Translations under genes and position numbers: made by a program | Notes under the pieces: model-generated | Databases searched by the model: none | The model's input: only the letters and a program-made list of their open reading frames with translations | What the model was told of the DNA's origin: nothing | Part shown: positions 17,722 to 26,947 of the stretch, in pieces | Position numbering within the stretch: the first letter of the stretch is position 1 | How the letters are laid out: each line of letters begins with the position of its first letter | Assembly (NCBI GenBank): GCA_963819475.1 | Contig: CAWFWE010000009.1 | Coordinates: 16,104 to 80,103, forward strand | DNA length: 64,000 bases | Source: an uncultured Actinomycetes bacterium | GTDB lineage: Bacteria; Actinomycetota; Acidimicrobiia; IMCC26256; DASPTH01 | Direction: 5' to 3'

Positions 17722-18717
17722 CTAGTCGGGCTGGATCCGGTGGTGCTCCCGGAGCTCGAGCAGCGCCTCGCGGTCGACCCGGTCGGCGGGCGCCACCGCG
17801 ACCCGCACGTCGGTCGACGCCTGGAGGCTCGCCGAGCGCACGCCGCCCTCGAGGACCGCGACCTCGCCGAGGATCACACCGGGGCCGAGCTCGGCCACCG
17901 CCTCGTCGTCGATGATCACCGACAGCACGCCGTCGAGCAGGAGGAAGAGCGAGTCACCCGGGTCACCCTGACGGACGAGGTACTTCCCCTGCTTGACCGT
18001 GCGGATCTCCGGTCGTTCACCGCCCGACATGATCGTGACCGACATCTGCCGCTCGAGCGCGGTCTCGACCGCGGTGACGAGGGCCTGCGACTCGTGCTCA
18101 CCCCAGGGGGTGTGCTTGCCGAACGCGTCGCGGTACCAGTCCTTGAAGTTCGCCAACCCGACCTTGGCCGCGATCTTGTCCTCGGCGTCGTACACCCAGT
18201 GACGGGGGAACTTGCTCGCGCCGAGCACCTCGAAGTCGGAGGTGCCGTCGGCACGCATGGTGAGCGCGAGCGTCGTCCACACCGTGGGCGCGCGGAACTG
18301 CAGGAACGGCGGGTGCTTCACCCGCCGGGGTGCGGGCAGGCCGGTGCGACCGCCGGTGGTCTGCACGAAGCGGACCTCGGTGTCGCTGCGCTCTGGTGCC
18401 TGCTGCAGGTCGGGCAGCTCCACCGGCTCGAACGTGGCCCGCAGCTTGGCCAGGTGCACCGTCGTCGAGCCCATCATGCCGCCACCCGCGTAGCCGGCGT
18501 CGACGATGCGGCCGTCCTCGATCTCGACCCAGGCCGACAGCCGGTTGGCGAACCGGAACCGGCCGGCGTCCCGCCATGCGTCCAGGTCGTCGATGGCGTC
18601 GGGCGGTGGCTCGTCATAGCTCGTGAACCCGGACTCGAACGTGCCCTTCAGCACCGGCCCGGTGACGGCTTCGGACGGGATCCAGGACACGGTGGTGACC
18701 GACGACTCGACGCGCAT
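17722..18717 (-). CDS. cyclic-nucleotide-binding protein with an unassigned N-terminal domain of about 230 aa
   Basis: ATG 18717 follows GAGGAGG. The C-terminal cNMP domain is LVRQGDPGDSLFLLLDG...GVILGEVAVLEGGVRSASLQA (a GE..A....RSA cassette). Confidence 0.8.
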   Translation of the reverse strand: MRVESSVTTVSWIPSEAVTGPVLKGTFESGFTSYDEPPPDAIDDLDAWRDAGRFRFANRLSAWVEIEDGRIVDAGYAGGGMMGSTTVHLAKLRATFEPVELPDLQQAPERSDTEVRFVQTTGGRTGLPAPRRVKHPPFLQFRAPTVWTTLALTMRADGTSDFEVLGASKFPRHWVYDAEDKIAAKVGLANFKDWYRDAFGKHTPWGEHESQALVTAVETALERQMSVTIMSGGERPEIRTVKQGKYLVRQGDPGDSLFLLLDGVLSVIIDDEAVAELGPGVILGEVAVLEGGVRSASLQASTDVRVAVAPADRVDREALLELREHHRIQPD

Positions 18718-18874
18718 GTCCGCCTCCTCGCATGATCGTCGCGTGGGAGAGTACGCCCACGACCGCCTGCAGGACGAGGGGGCAGGCCGTCCGACGGCGA
18801 GGAGGCCTGCACCCCCGGTGGCGGGTGGCCAGGCCACCTTGCTCGCAGCACGTCGACCGTTTGAATGGAGAACC

Positions 18875-20215
18875 ATGGGGGACGGACGCATCACCGTGTT
18901 CCTCGCCGACGACAACGTGATCGTCCGCGAGGGGGTGCGTGCGTTGCTCGCGCTGGAAGCCGACCTCGACGTGGTCGGGACCGCCGACGACTACGACAGC
19001 CTCCTGGCCGGAGCCGAGGCGATGGCGCCCCAGGTGCTCGTCACCGACATCCGCATGCCACCGAGCTTCCAGCGGGAGGGAATCGACGCGGCCAAGGAGC
19101 TCCGCAAGCGCCACCCTGGCACCGGCGTGGTCGTGCTGTCGCAGTACGACGACCCCGACTACGCCATCGCCCTGCTCGGCGACGGCGCCGCCGGCTACGC
19201 CTACCTCCTCAAGGACCGGGTCGGCGAGGGCAACCAGCTCGCTCGGGCAGTGCGCGAGGTGGCGACCGGCGGCTCGGTGATCGACCCGAAGATCGTCGAG
19301 GCGCTGGTACAGCCGGTCACCGACGACGCCGGCCTCACCGCGGCCGACGAGCACCTGCTCCACGAGATCGCCGAGGGCCGGCCGATCAAGGCGATCGCCA
19401 GCGCGCACGGCACCACCGCGGCCGCGATCGCCGACTCGGTGGAGGAGCTGTTCCTCAAGTTGTCGGAGGGCGCGAGCACGGGCACCGCCGGCGCGCTCAA
19501 GCGCCTCCGCATGCTGCACACCGCGATCGTCGACCGCGAGGAGCAAGGTGAGCGGCTGAGCCGACTGCTCCCCGGCGGGTTGGCCGAGAAGGTGCGCAAC
19601 GAGGGCCGTGCGATCGGCGAGACCGAGGAGCTCGACGTCACGGTGCTCATGGGCGACATCCGCGGCTACTCGGGCATCGCCGAGCGCAGCGACCCGACGC
19701 AGCTCGCCGCGCAGTTGAGCGACCATCGGGCCGAGATGAACCGCGCCATCCTCGACGAGGGCGGCACGGTGATGCAGTTCGTGGGTGACGCGGTGATGGC
19801 GTGCTTCGGGGCACCGGTGCCGCTCGACGACCACGCCGACCGGGCCGTGTGCGCCGCGCGCTCGATGCTGGAGCGCCAGCGCGAGCTCAACGAGCGGTGG
19901 CTGGCGCAGAGTCGCGCGCCGTTCGGCATCGGCATCGGCGTGTCGACCGGGCCGGTCGCCGCCGCGCTGCTCGGCTCCGAGGAGCGGGTCGAGTACACGC
20001 TGGTGGGCGACACCGTGAACCTCGCGCAACGGCTGCAGGACCTGGCCCGCCCGTCGGGCCGCATCGTGATCAACGAGAGCACGTACTCGGCGCTGCACTC
20101 CGACTTCGACGTGGTGCCGCTCGACGAGACGACGGTGAAGGGGCGGAACACGCCGGTGCGGGCGTACCGCATCGACGTGTTCGACGACATGGAACGGGGA
20201 CTGGCACATGAGTGA
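18875..20215 (+). CDS. response regulator (REC) - LuxR-type HTH - class III adenylate/guanylate cyclase fusion
   Basis: ATG 18875 inside ORF 18623..20215. The REC domain is VFLADDN...VLVTDIRMPP...VVVLSQY. The HTH-like segment is LTAADEHLLHEIAEGRPIKAIAS. The cyclase motifs are VLMGDIRGYSG, FVGDAVMACFGAP and TLVGDTVNLAQRL. Confidence 0.85.
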   Translation: MGDGRITVFLADDNVIVREGVRALLALEADLDVVGTADDYDSLLAGAEAMAPQVLVTDIRMPPSFQREGIDAAKELRKRHPGTGVVVLSQYDDPDYAIALLGDGAAGYAYLLKDRVGEGNQLARAVREVATGGSVIDPKIVEALVQPVTDDAGLTAADEHLLHEIAEGRPIKAIASAHGTTAAAIADSVEELFLKLSEGASTGTAGALKRLRMLHTAIVDREEQGERLSRLLPGGLAEKVRNEGRAIGETEELDVTVLMGDIRGYSGIAERSDPTQLAAQLSDHRAEMNRAILDEGGTVMQFVGDAVMACFGAPVPLDDHADRAVCAARSMLERQRELNERWLAQSRAPFGIGIGVSTGPVAAALLGSEERVEYTLVGDTVNLAQRLQDLARPSGRIVINESTYSALHSDFDVVPLDETTVKGRNTPVRAYRIDVFDDMERGLAHE

Positions 20216-21035
20216 GCGTCGGGAGGCGGGTATCCCGCCGAGCAGCGAGCGGGGCCTGGGCGGCCCGGCGCCGGAGGCGACGAGAGCGGGGATGATGAGT
20301 GACGCGGTGGCGGATGGAACAGCAGGGCAGGTGGTGGAGACGCACGGCCTGCGCAAGACGTTCGAGTCCGAGGGCGCGCCGGTACGTGCGTTGCGGGGCG
20401 TCGACTTCACGATGGCGCCGGGCGAGTTCGTGGCGGTGATGGGACCGTCGGGCTGCGGCAAGTCCACGTTGCTCAACATCGTCGCCGGCCTCGACACGCC
20501 CACCGACGGCGACGTGTGCCTGGCGGGAGAGGCGCTGGTCGGCAAGACCGAAGACGAGTTGGCGATCATGCGCCGCCGCCACATCGGCATCGTGTTCCAG
20601 TTCTTCAACCTGCTCGAGGGCATGAGCGTGCTCGAGAACGTGACATTGCCCGCGGTGATCGCGGGCGCGCCACGCAAGCGCGCCGAGACCCGCGCCCGCG
20701 ACCTGCTCGACCTGCTCGGCCTCGGTGACAAGGCCAAGGACGCGCCCGGTGTGTTGTCGGGCGGCCAGCGGCAGCGGCTCGCCATCGCTCGCGCGCTCGC
20801 CAACGAGCCCACCCTGCTCCTCGCCGACGAGCCCACCGGCGCGCTCGACTCCGAAGGCGGCCACGAGGTGCTCGAGCTGTTCCGCCGCCTCCATGCCGGC
20901 GGCCAGACCATCCTGATGGTGACCCACGACGACGCCGTAGCCGCGGCCGCCGACCGCATCGTGCGGATGCGCGACGGGCGCATCGAGTCCGAAGCCGAGG
21001 AGGCCGCGGCTTCGGCGGCCTCTACCGCCTTCTAG
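20208..21035 (+). CDS. ABC transporter ATP-binding protein (MacB/LolD type)
   Basis: Walker A GPSGCGKST, signature LSGGQRQR, Walker B LLLADEPT. ATG 20208 overlaps the cyclase stop by 8 nt; an alternative start is ATG 20292. Confidence 0.9.
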   Translation: MSERREAGIPPSSERGLGGPAPEATRAGMMSDAVADGTAGQVVETHGLRKTFESEGAPVRALRGVDFTMAPGEFVAVMGPSGCGKSTLLNIVAGLDTPTDGDVCLAGEALVGKTEDELAIMRRRHIGIVFQFFNLLEGMSVLENVTLPAVIAGAPRKRAETRARDLLDLLGLGDKAKDAPGVLSGGQRQRLAIARALANEPTLLLADEPTGALDSEGGHEVLELFRRLHAGGQTILMVTHDDAVAAAADRIVRMRDGRIESEAEEAAASAASTAF

Positions 21036-21106
21036 GTCGACGGCGTCGCGAGCGTGCCCGGTCGCATGGCCGCCCGGCTGCACCCGGCGTTGGTGCCGAG
21101 GAGGGA

Positions 21107-23494
21107 GTGATGGGCGCCATCGTGATGCTCGCGTGCTCCGAGCTGCGCCGGCGTTGGCGCAGTGTGACCGTGCTGACGCTGCTGGTCGCGTTCGCGGGCG
21201 CGGTGGTGCTCGCGCTGGTCGGGGGTGCGCGCCGCACCGAGACCTCGCTGGCCCGGTTCGAGCACGACAGCCGGTCAGCCGACGTCGAGTTCGACGCCGG
21301 CGACGTGACGCCGGCCCAGGTGGACGAGCTCCGGCACTCACCGGGAGTGGCCGCGGTCGCGCAGCTGCAACAGCTCACGCTCGTCTCCCGCACCGGGCCG
21401 TTCCAGAATCAGTTCCTGCCGAGCGCGGCGCAGATCGACCACCGCTTCGGCACCGAGGTGGACCGCGCCCGCGTGGTCGAGGGGCGCGCCGCCCACCTCG
21501 ACGCGGTCGACGAGCTCACCATCGGCGAAGGCCTGGCGACGCTGCTGCACCTCGGAGTCGGTGACCATTTGCGCTTCGCGTCGTTCAGCCCGGCCGACGT
21601 CGAGCAGGCTGATACCGCGCTGGACCTTCATGGACCGAACGTGACCTTCCGCATCGTCGGCATCGTGCGCCGGCCCCTCGATCTCGGCGGCCGAGGCGCC
21701 GTCGGCGGCGTCATCGTCCCGACACCTGCGTTCCTCGATCGCTACCGCGACGAGATCGGCTCGTTCTCGGGCGCGGTCCTGCGGGTGCGCACGGTGCACG
21801 GAAAGGCCGACGTCGACCGCGCCACCCGGGCCGCGCGCGGGATCTTCCGCGAATCGCCGTCGTTCGGCGTGACCAATCTCAACATCGAAGGACAGGGCGC
21901 GCAGAACGCGATCGACGTGACCACTGTGGGGCTCTATCTCGCCGCGGCCATCGCCGCGCTCACTGCGCTGGTCGGCATCGCCATCGCGCTCTCGCGCGAG
22001 ATCTCGCTCGGCGACACGAACCAGTTGACCCTCAGCTCGCTCGGTCTCCGACCGCGAGATCGGGTCGCGGCGTCCGCCGCCATCGGTCTCCCCGTCGCAG
22101 TGGTCGGCGCGGTGGGGGCGGTGATCGGTGCGGTGCTCGCGTCATCGATCTTCCCCATCGGCGTCGCCGCCAAGGCGGAACCCGACCCGGGGCTCCGTGT
22201 CGACGGCGCGATCATCGGCATCGGGTTGATCGTGATCGCGGGCAGCGTGGCGGTCCTCGCCGTGGCTGCGGGACTGCGGACGGCCCGAGCCACGCGGCCG
22301 CGCGCGGAAGCCGTCGCCCCCAGCCTGTCGGCGCGTGCGACGGCGGAGGCCGGCGCACCGCCTCCCGTCGCCGTCGGCGTGCGCTTCGCGCTCGACCGGG
22401 GGCGCCAGCGCCACGCGCTCCCGGTTCGGTCCTCCTTGCTCGGCGCGGCCTTCGGTGTGCTGGTCGTGGTGGCGGTCCTGATGTTCACCAGTGGGCTGCA
22501 CCACCTCGTGCACACGCCGGCGCAGTACGGGTGGACGTGGGACCTCGTCGGTTACGACCAGCCCGCCAGCCCGCCGTCCGGTCGCGACTGCGGTCCGATC
22601 ACCACCACCCTCACCGCGGACCGGAGCTTCTCGGCGGTCGCATCGGTGTGCTCGAGCGGTGTCGACGTCGGCGGCCGCCCGGTCACGGCCTGGGGTTTCC
22701 AGCAGCTGCGCGGGTCGGTGCAGCCCGAGATCGTCGACGGGCGCGCGCCGCACACCGACGGAGAGGTCGCACTGGGTGCCGACACGCTTGCGGCACTCGG
22801 CCAACACGTCGGGGGCCGCGTGCGCATCACCGGCGAGGCACGCTCGGCGAACTTCCGGATCGTCGGCCAGGCGGTCCTCCCCGGCATCACCGACCCCGAG
22901 CCGATCGCCGACGGTGTCGCGCTCACCTCGGCCGCACTCGACCGGCTGGGCGCGAGCGGGGGCTGGAACTTCGTGGTCAAGCTCGCGCCGGGAGTCGACC
23001 GCGACGCGGCGATCCGCGCCCAGCGGAAGGCGTCGGTCTTCGGCGGCCCGATCACGCCGACGCTGCCGGCGGAGATCGACCGCGTCCGACAGATCCGCCG
23101 GTTGCCCCTCGCGCTGGCGGTGTTCGTCGCGGTGATCGCGCTCGTCGCCGTGGGGTTGGCCCTGGTGTCGTCGTTGCGCCGACGCCGCCGGGAGCTCGCG
23201 GTGCTCAAGACGCTGGGATTCACGCGGCGCCAGGTGCGGGCCACCGTCGCGTGGCAAGCGAGCACCGTGGCCGCGGTCGGCCTCGTCATCGGCATCCCGC
23301 TGGGGCTGCTCGTGGGCACCTCCGTGTGGCGAAGGGTCGCCGACGAGCTCGGCGTGTCGGGCGAGCCCACGTGGCCCGTTCTCGGCATCGCGCTGCTCGC
23401 CGTCGGCGCTCTCCTCGCGGTGAACGTGATCGCGGCATTTCCCGCCCGCCGGGCTGCGAACACCCAGCCCGCAGTCGTGCTGAGGAGCGAGTGA
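21107..23494 (+). CDS. ABC transporter permease with two FtsX-like modules
   Basis: 795 aa. An N-terminal TM helix, a large extracytoplasmic region and 3-4 TM helices form a unit that occurs twice. The C-terminal module LKTLGFTRRQV... is typical of FtsX/MacB permeases. Confidence 0.85.
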   Translation: MMGAIVMLACSELRRRWRSVTVLTLLVAFAGAVVLALVGGARRTETSLARFEHDSRSADVEFDAGDVTPAQVDELRHSPGVAAVAQLQQLTLVSRTGPFQNQFLPSAAQIDHRFGTEVDRARVVEGRAAHLDAVDELTIGEGLATLLHLGVGDHLRFASFSPADVEQADTALDLHGPNVTFRIVGIVRRPLDLGGRGAVGGVIVPTPAFLDRYRDEIGSFSGAVLRVRTVHGKADVDRATRAARGIFRESPSFGVTNLNIEGQGAQNAIDVTTVGLYLAAAIAALTALVGIAIALSREISLGDTNQLTLSSLGLRPRDRVAASAAIGLPVAVVGAVGAVIGAVLASSIFPIGVAAKAEPDPGLRVDGAIIGIGLIVIAGSVAVLAVAAGLRTARATRPRAEAVAPSLSARATAEAGAPPPVAVGVRFALDRGRQRHALPVRSSLLGAAFGVLVVVAVLMFTSGLHHLVHTPAQYGWTWDLVGYDQPASPPSGRDCGPITTTLTADRSFSAVASVCSSGVDVGGRPVTAWGFQQLRGSVQPEIVDGRAPHTDGEVALGADTLAALGQHVGGRVRITGEARSANFRIVGQAVLPGITDPEPIADGVALTSAALDRLGASGGWNFVVKLAPGVDRDAAIRAQRKASVFGGPITPTLPAEIDRVRQIRRLPLALAVFVAVIALVAVGLALVSSLRRRRRELAVLKTLGFTRRQVRATVAWQASTVAAVGLVIGIPLGLLVGTSVWRRVADELGVSGEPTWPVLGIALLAVGALLAVNVIAAFPARRAANTQPAVVLRSE

Positions 23495-23510
23495 TGCGAC
23501 CGACCGCGCG

Positions 23511-25724
23511 GTGCCGGAAGCGCGGACACCGCCCCGTTGTCGTCCTACGATCGGAGTGACCGTGGCCACCAGCCTCGACGACGTCCAACCCCTGGAGCTC
23601 GCGAGCATCCGCGACGACGTGCGCGAGCGCCCGCCGTGGACGTCGCGCGCCACCGCGTCGGTCGTGCTCGCCGTCGTCGCGCTCGCGCTGGCCGTGATCG
23701 CGGCGTTGGTCGGCGACCGCGTGCCGCTCGGTCCCGGCCGCGTGCTCAGCGTCGTGCTGGTCGGCTCGTGGGCGCTGGCGGCGGTGTTCGTCGCGGTGCA
23801 CCGCCCGCGCGAGCCGCTCGCCGAGATCATGGCGCTGGCCGCCATCGTCGGCGCCGCGCTGCTGCTCGGTGCCGCGCTCGCCGGCCGCAACGTCGCCACC
23901 GACACCGTGCGCGACTTCGGGAGCGGGATGCGGGCGGTGGGTGTCGCGCTGCTTCCGGCCGTCGGCCTTCACCTCGTGCTCGGACTACCCGACGGTGCGC
24001 TCCACTCGCGGCCGCGGCGGCTCTGGACGGGCGCGGGCTACACGGCCAGCGCGGTCGTCGCGGTGTTCCTGTTGAACGACCGGCCGCGCGTCGCGCTCTG
24101 GCCGGTGGTGACCGTCGCCGCCGTCGACACGGTGGTTGGGCTGATCGGGTACGTCGCGCGCTGCCGGGCGGCGAAGTCGGTGCAGGAACGGGCGCGGCTG
24201 CAGTGGCCGGCGTGGGGCGTCGTGGTCGCGGCCGCGATCTCGTTGACCGCGTGGGTGCTGCACGAGCTGGTGACCTGGCCGGAGCCGATCCGCGCCGTGG
24301 CCCTGAGCACCAGCATGCTCGTGCCGCTCTCCCTCGCGCTCGGCGCCTCCGAGCGCATCGCGGTGCGCATCGACCGCCTCCTGGTGCACACGATCACGAT
24401 GGCCGGGCTCGCGGCGATGGTGGCGGCGTCGTACCTGCTCATCGTGCTCGGCCTCGGGCGCTCGCCGACGGGCGACGAGAAGACGCTCCTCGGCCTCTCG
24501 ATGCTGGCCGCCGCGGTGGCCGCGCTCCTCTGGATCCCGGTGCGCCAACGGCTCACCGACTTCGGTACCCGGCGGGTGTACGGCGAGCGCCACGCGCCCG
24601 ACGAGGTGATCCGCACCTTCGGCAGCCGGCTCACGCGCGCGCTCCCGCTCGACGAGCTGCTGCTGCAGCTGGCCGAGTCGCTGAAGAAGACGATGACGCT
24701 GAGCGTCGCCGAGGTCTGGACGCGGGGGAGCACCGGCCGGTTGGAGCGGGCGGTGTCGGTCCCCGACCGCGGTGCCGCGCACCTGGTGCTCGGCGCCGAG
24801 GAGGAGACCGTGGTCGCGCGCGCGGGCGTGTCCGGCGCGGCGTGGGCGCGCATCTGGCTCCCCGCGATCCTGCGCTCCGAGGACGAAGTGCTCCGCGTCG
24901 CACCCATCACCAACAGCGGCGAGCTGCTCGGCATGATCGTCGTGCGCCGGCCCGACGGCGGTCTTCCGTTCGACGAGCACGACGACCAGGCGCTCACCGA
25001 GCTGGCCCGCCAGGTCGGGCTGGCGCTGCACAACGTGAAGCTCGACTCGGCGTTGCAGGAATCGCTCGACGAGGTGCGCCGGCAGGCCGACGAGCTGCGC
25101 GCTTCACGGGCCCGAATCGTCGAAGCCGGTGACGCGCAACGGCGCCGCATCGAGCGCGACCTTCACGATGGCGCGCAGCAGCACCTGGTGGCGCTGGCCG
25201 TCAGCGTGAACCTCGTGCGGCAGATCGCGGACACCGACCCCGACACCGCCAAGGCGATGCTCGAGCAGATCGGCACCGACCTGCAGGAGGCGGTGCAGGA
25301 GCTGCGCAACCTCGCGCACGGCATCTACCCCCCGCTCCTGATGGACCGCGGTCTCAGCGAAGCGCTGTCGGCGGCGGCCGGGCGCGCCGCGCTCCCCACC
25401 GGTGTCGACGCCGACGGCATCGGCCGCTACTCGCAGGCGGTGGAGGCGGCGGTCTACTTCTGCTGCCTCGAGGCGCTCCAGAACGCGGCCAAGCACGCGG
25501 GTGACGGCGCCCAGGCGATGATCACGGTGCGGGAGGACGAGCACGCGCTGCTGTTCGAGGTGCGCGACGACGGCGCCGGCTTCGACCTCGCAACCGGCGC
25601 CCACCATGGACACGGCTTCGTCAACATGAGCGACCGGGTCGGGGCCATCGGCGGCAGCATCACCGTGGAGTCGGGCCCGGGGCGGGGCACCGCCATCCGC
25701 GGCCGCATCCCGCTGAACGACTGA
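23511..25724 (+). CDS. multi-TM sensor histidine kinase (GAF + HisKA_3 + HATPase_c)
   Basis: A hydrophobic N-terminal region of about 330 aa is followed by a GAF-like segment. The H-box is RRIERDLHDGAQQHLVAL. The N box is CLEALQNAAKHA and the G box GHGFVNMSDR...GPGRGT. The start is uncertain (GTG 23562 after GGAG is an alternative). Confidence 0.85.
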   Translation: MPEARTPPRCRPTIGVTVATSLDDVQPLELASIRDDVRERPPWTSRATASVVLAVVALALAVIAALVGDRVPLGPGRVLSVVLVGSWALAAVFVAVHRPREPLAEIMALAAIVGAALLLGAALAGRNVATDTVRDFGSGMRAVGVALLPAVGLHLVLGLPDGALHSRPRRLWTGAGYTASAVVAVFLLNDRPRVALWPVVTVAAVDTVVGLIGYVARCRAAKSVQERARLQWPAWGVVVAAAISLTAWVLHELVTWPEPIRAVALSTSMLVPLSLALGASERIAVRIDRLLVHTITMAGLAAMVAASYLLIVLGLGRSPTGDEKTLLGLSMLAAAVAALLWIPVRQRLTDFGTRRVYGERHAPDEVIRTFGSRLTRALPLDELLLQLAESLKKTMTLSVAEVWTRGSTGRLERAVSVPDRGAAHLVLGAEEETVVARAGVSGAAWARIWLPAILRSEDEVLRVAPITNSGELLGMIVVRRPDGGLPFDEHDDQALTELARQVGLALHNVKLDSALQESLDEVRRQADELRASRARIVEAGDAQRRRIERDLHDGAQQHLVALAVSVNLVRQIADTDPDTAKAMLEQIGTDLQEAVQELRNLAHGIYPPLLMDRGLSEALSAAAGRAALPTGVDADGIGRYSQAVEAAVYFCCLEALQNAAKHAGDGAQAMITVREDEHALLFEVRDDGAGFDLATGAHHGHGFVNMSDRVGAIGGSITVESGPGRGTAIRGRIPLND

Positions 25725-25739
25725 GCAGCGGCGCGCCCG

Positions 25740-26213
25740 TCAACCGGCGGGGGACCGATCCGGCGAATGGCCGAAGCGCTCCCACACCTCACGGACGACG
25801 GCGGGCCCGAACTCCTCCTTGTGCACGTACTGCACCGCGCCCGAGGAATCGGCGTCCGAGGGGAGGTCGGCGGCCTGGTACGTGGAGAGGAGCATGACGA
25901 CGGCGTGCGGGTGGGCGGCCGTGATGCGCCGGGTCGCCTCGATGCCGTTGATCCCGGGGAGGTTGATGTCCATCAGGACGAGACCGGGCGTCAGGGAGTC
26001 GGCCAGCTCGACCGCCTCCTCGCCGCTCTCCGCTTCGCCCACCACCTCGAAGCCGGGCGTGGCGGTGACCACGGCACGGGCGGCACGGCGGAAGGGTGCT
26101 TGGTCGTCGACGATCAGGACGGGGACGGAACCGGACACGACTCCATTGTCCCATCCGGGGCCGGAGCCCCGGCAGGGTGCGGACACCACCCCGAGCGGGT
26201 GGGGAGACCTCAC
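25740..26213 (-). CDS. stand-alone receiver (CheY-like) response regulator
   Basis: VPVLIVDDQAPFR...LVLMDINLPGINGIE..., with no output domain. The start is uncertain (ATG 26213 or GTG 26138). Confidence 0.78.
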   Translation of the reverse strand: MRSPHPLGVVSAPCRGSGPGWDNGVVSGSVPVLIVDDQAPFRRAARAVVTATPGFEVVGEAESGEEAVELADSLTPGLVLMDINLPGINGIEATRRITAAHPHAVVMLLSTYQAADLPSDADSSGAVQYVHKEEFGPAVVREVWERFGHSPDRSPAG

Positions 26214-26232
26214 CGGCCGCGGCCGGGTGGCG

Positions 26233-26895
26233 TCAGCGGTCGGCCAGGTAGAGGAGCACCGCCTTGACCCGGCGGTGCACGTCGGGCTCCTCCGAGAGCC
26301 CGAGCTTGGAGAACACCGAATTGATGTGCTTCTCCACCGCCCGCTCGGAGAGGCCGAGCGCCGCCGCCACCGAGGCGTTGTTGCGGCCCTGGGCCATCTC
26401 CGCCAGCACCTCGCTCTCCCGGGGGGTGAGGTACTGGAGGGGGGAGTCGGCCCGGCGTGAGCGGGCGTCGACGAGCGCCTCGACCACTTTGGGGTCGATC
26501 ACCGAGCCGCCGCCCGCGACCTCGCGGATCGCCCGCACCAGCTGGTCGACGTCAGAGACGCGTTCCTTCAGGAGATAGGCGCGCCGCTCGGAGCCACCGT
26601 CGAGCAGCTCGAGCGCGTACCCCGGCTCGACATACTGGCTGAGCACCACGACCCCCAAGCCGGGATGCGAGTGCCGCAGCTGCGCGGCGGCGCGGACGCC
26701 TTCGTCGGTGCCCGTCGGTGGCATGCGGATGTCGGTGAGCACGACGTCGGGCGTCGCGGTGTCGACGGTCGCGAGCAGTCCGTCGAAGTCCTCGCAGACC
26801 CCGGCGACCTCGATGTCGGGATCGGATTCGAGCAGCCGGGTCACGGCCTCGCGCACGAGGTAGTTGTCTTCTGCGACTACGACCCGGATGGGCAT
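26233..26895 (-). CDS. NarL/LuxR-family response regulator
   Basis: ATG 26895 inside ORF 26233..27054. The REC domain is VVVAEDN...VLTDIRMPP. The C-terminal HTH is LTPRESEVLAEMAQGRNNASVAAALGLSERAVEKHINSVFSKL. Confidence 0.9.
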   Translation of the reverse strand: MPIRVVVAEDNYLVREAVTRLLESDPDIEVAGVCEDFDGLLATVDTATPDVVLTDIRMPPTGTDEGVRAAAQLRHSHPGLGVVVLSQYVEPGYALELLDGGSERRAYLLKERVSDVDQLVRAIREVAGGGSVIDPKVVEALVDARSRRADSPLQYLTPRESEVLAEMAQGRNNASVAAALGLSERAVEKHINSVFSKLGLSEEPDVHRRVKAVLLYLADR

Positions 26896-26947
26896 GTTGG
26901 GGAGGCTACGCGACGGCCTGGCCGGTCGCCGGTAGCCTCCCCCGCTG

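Noticed and set aside
18614-20983. 789-aa minus-strand ORF
   Set aside because: It is antisense to the REC-HTH-cyclase and ABC ATPase genes, which have clear motifs. It has low-complexity composition.
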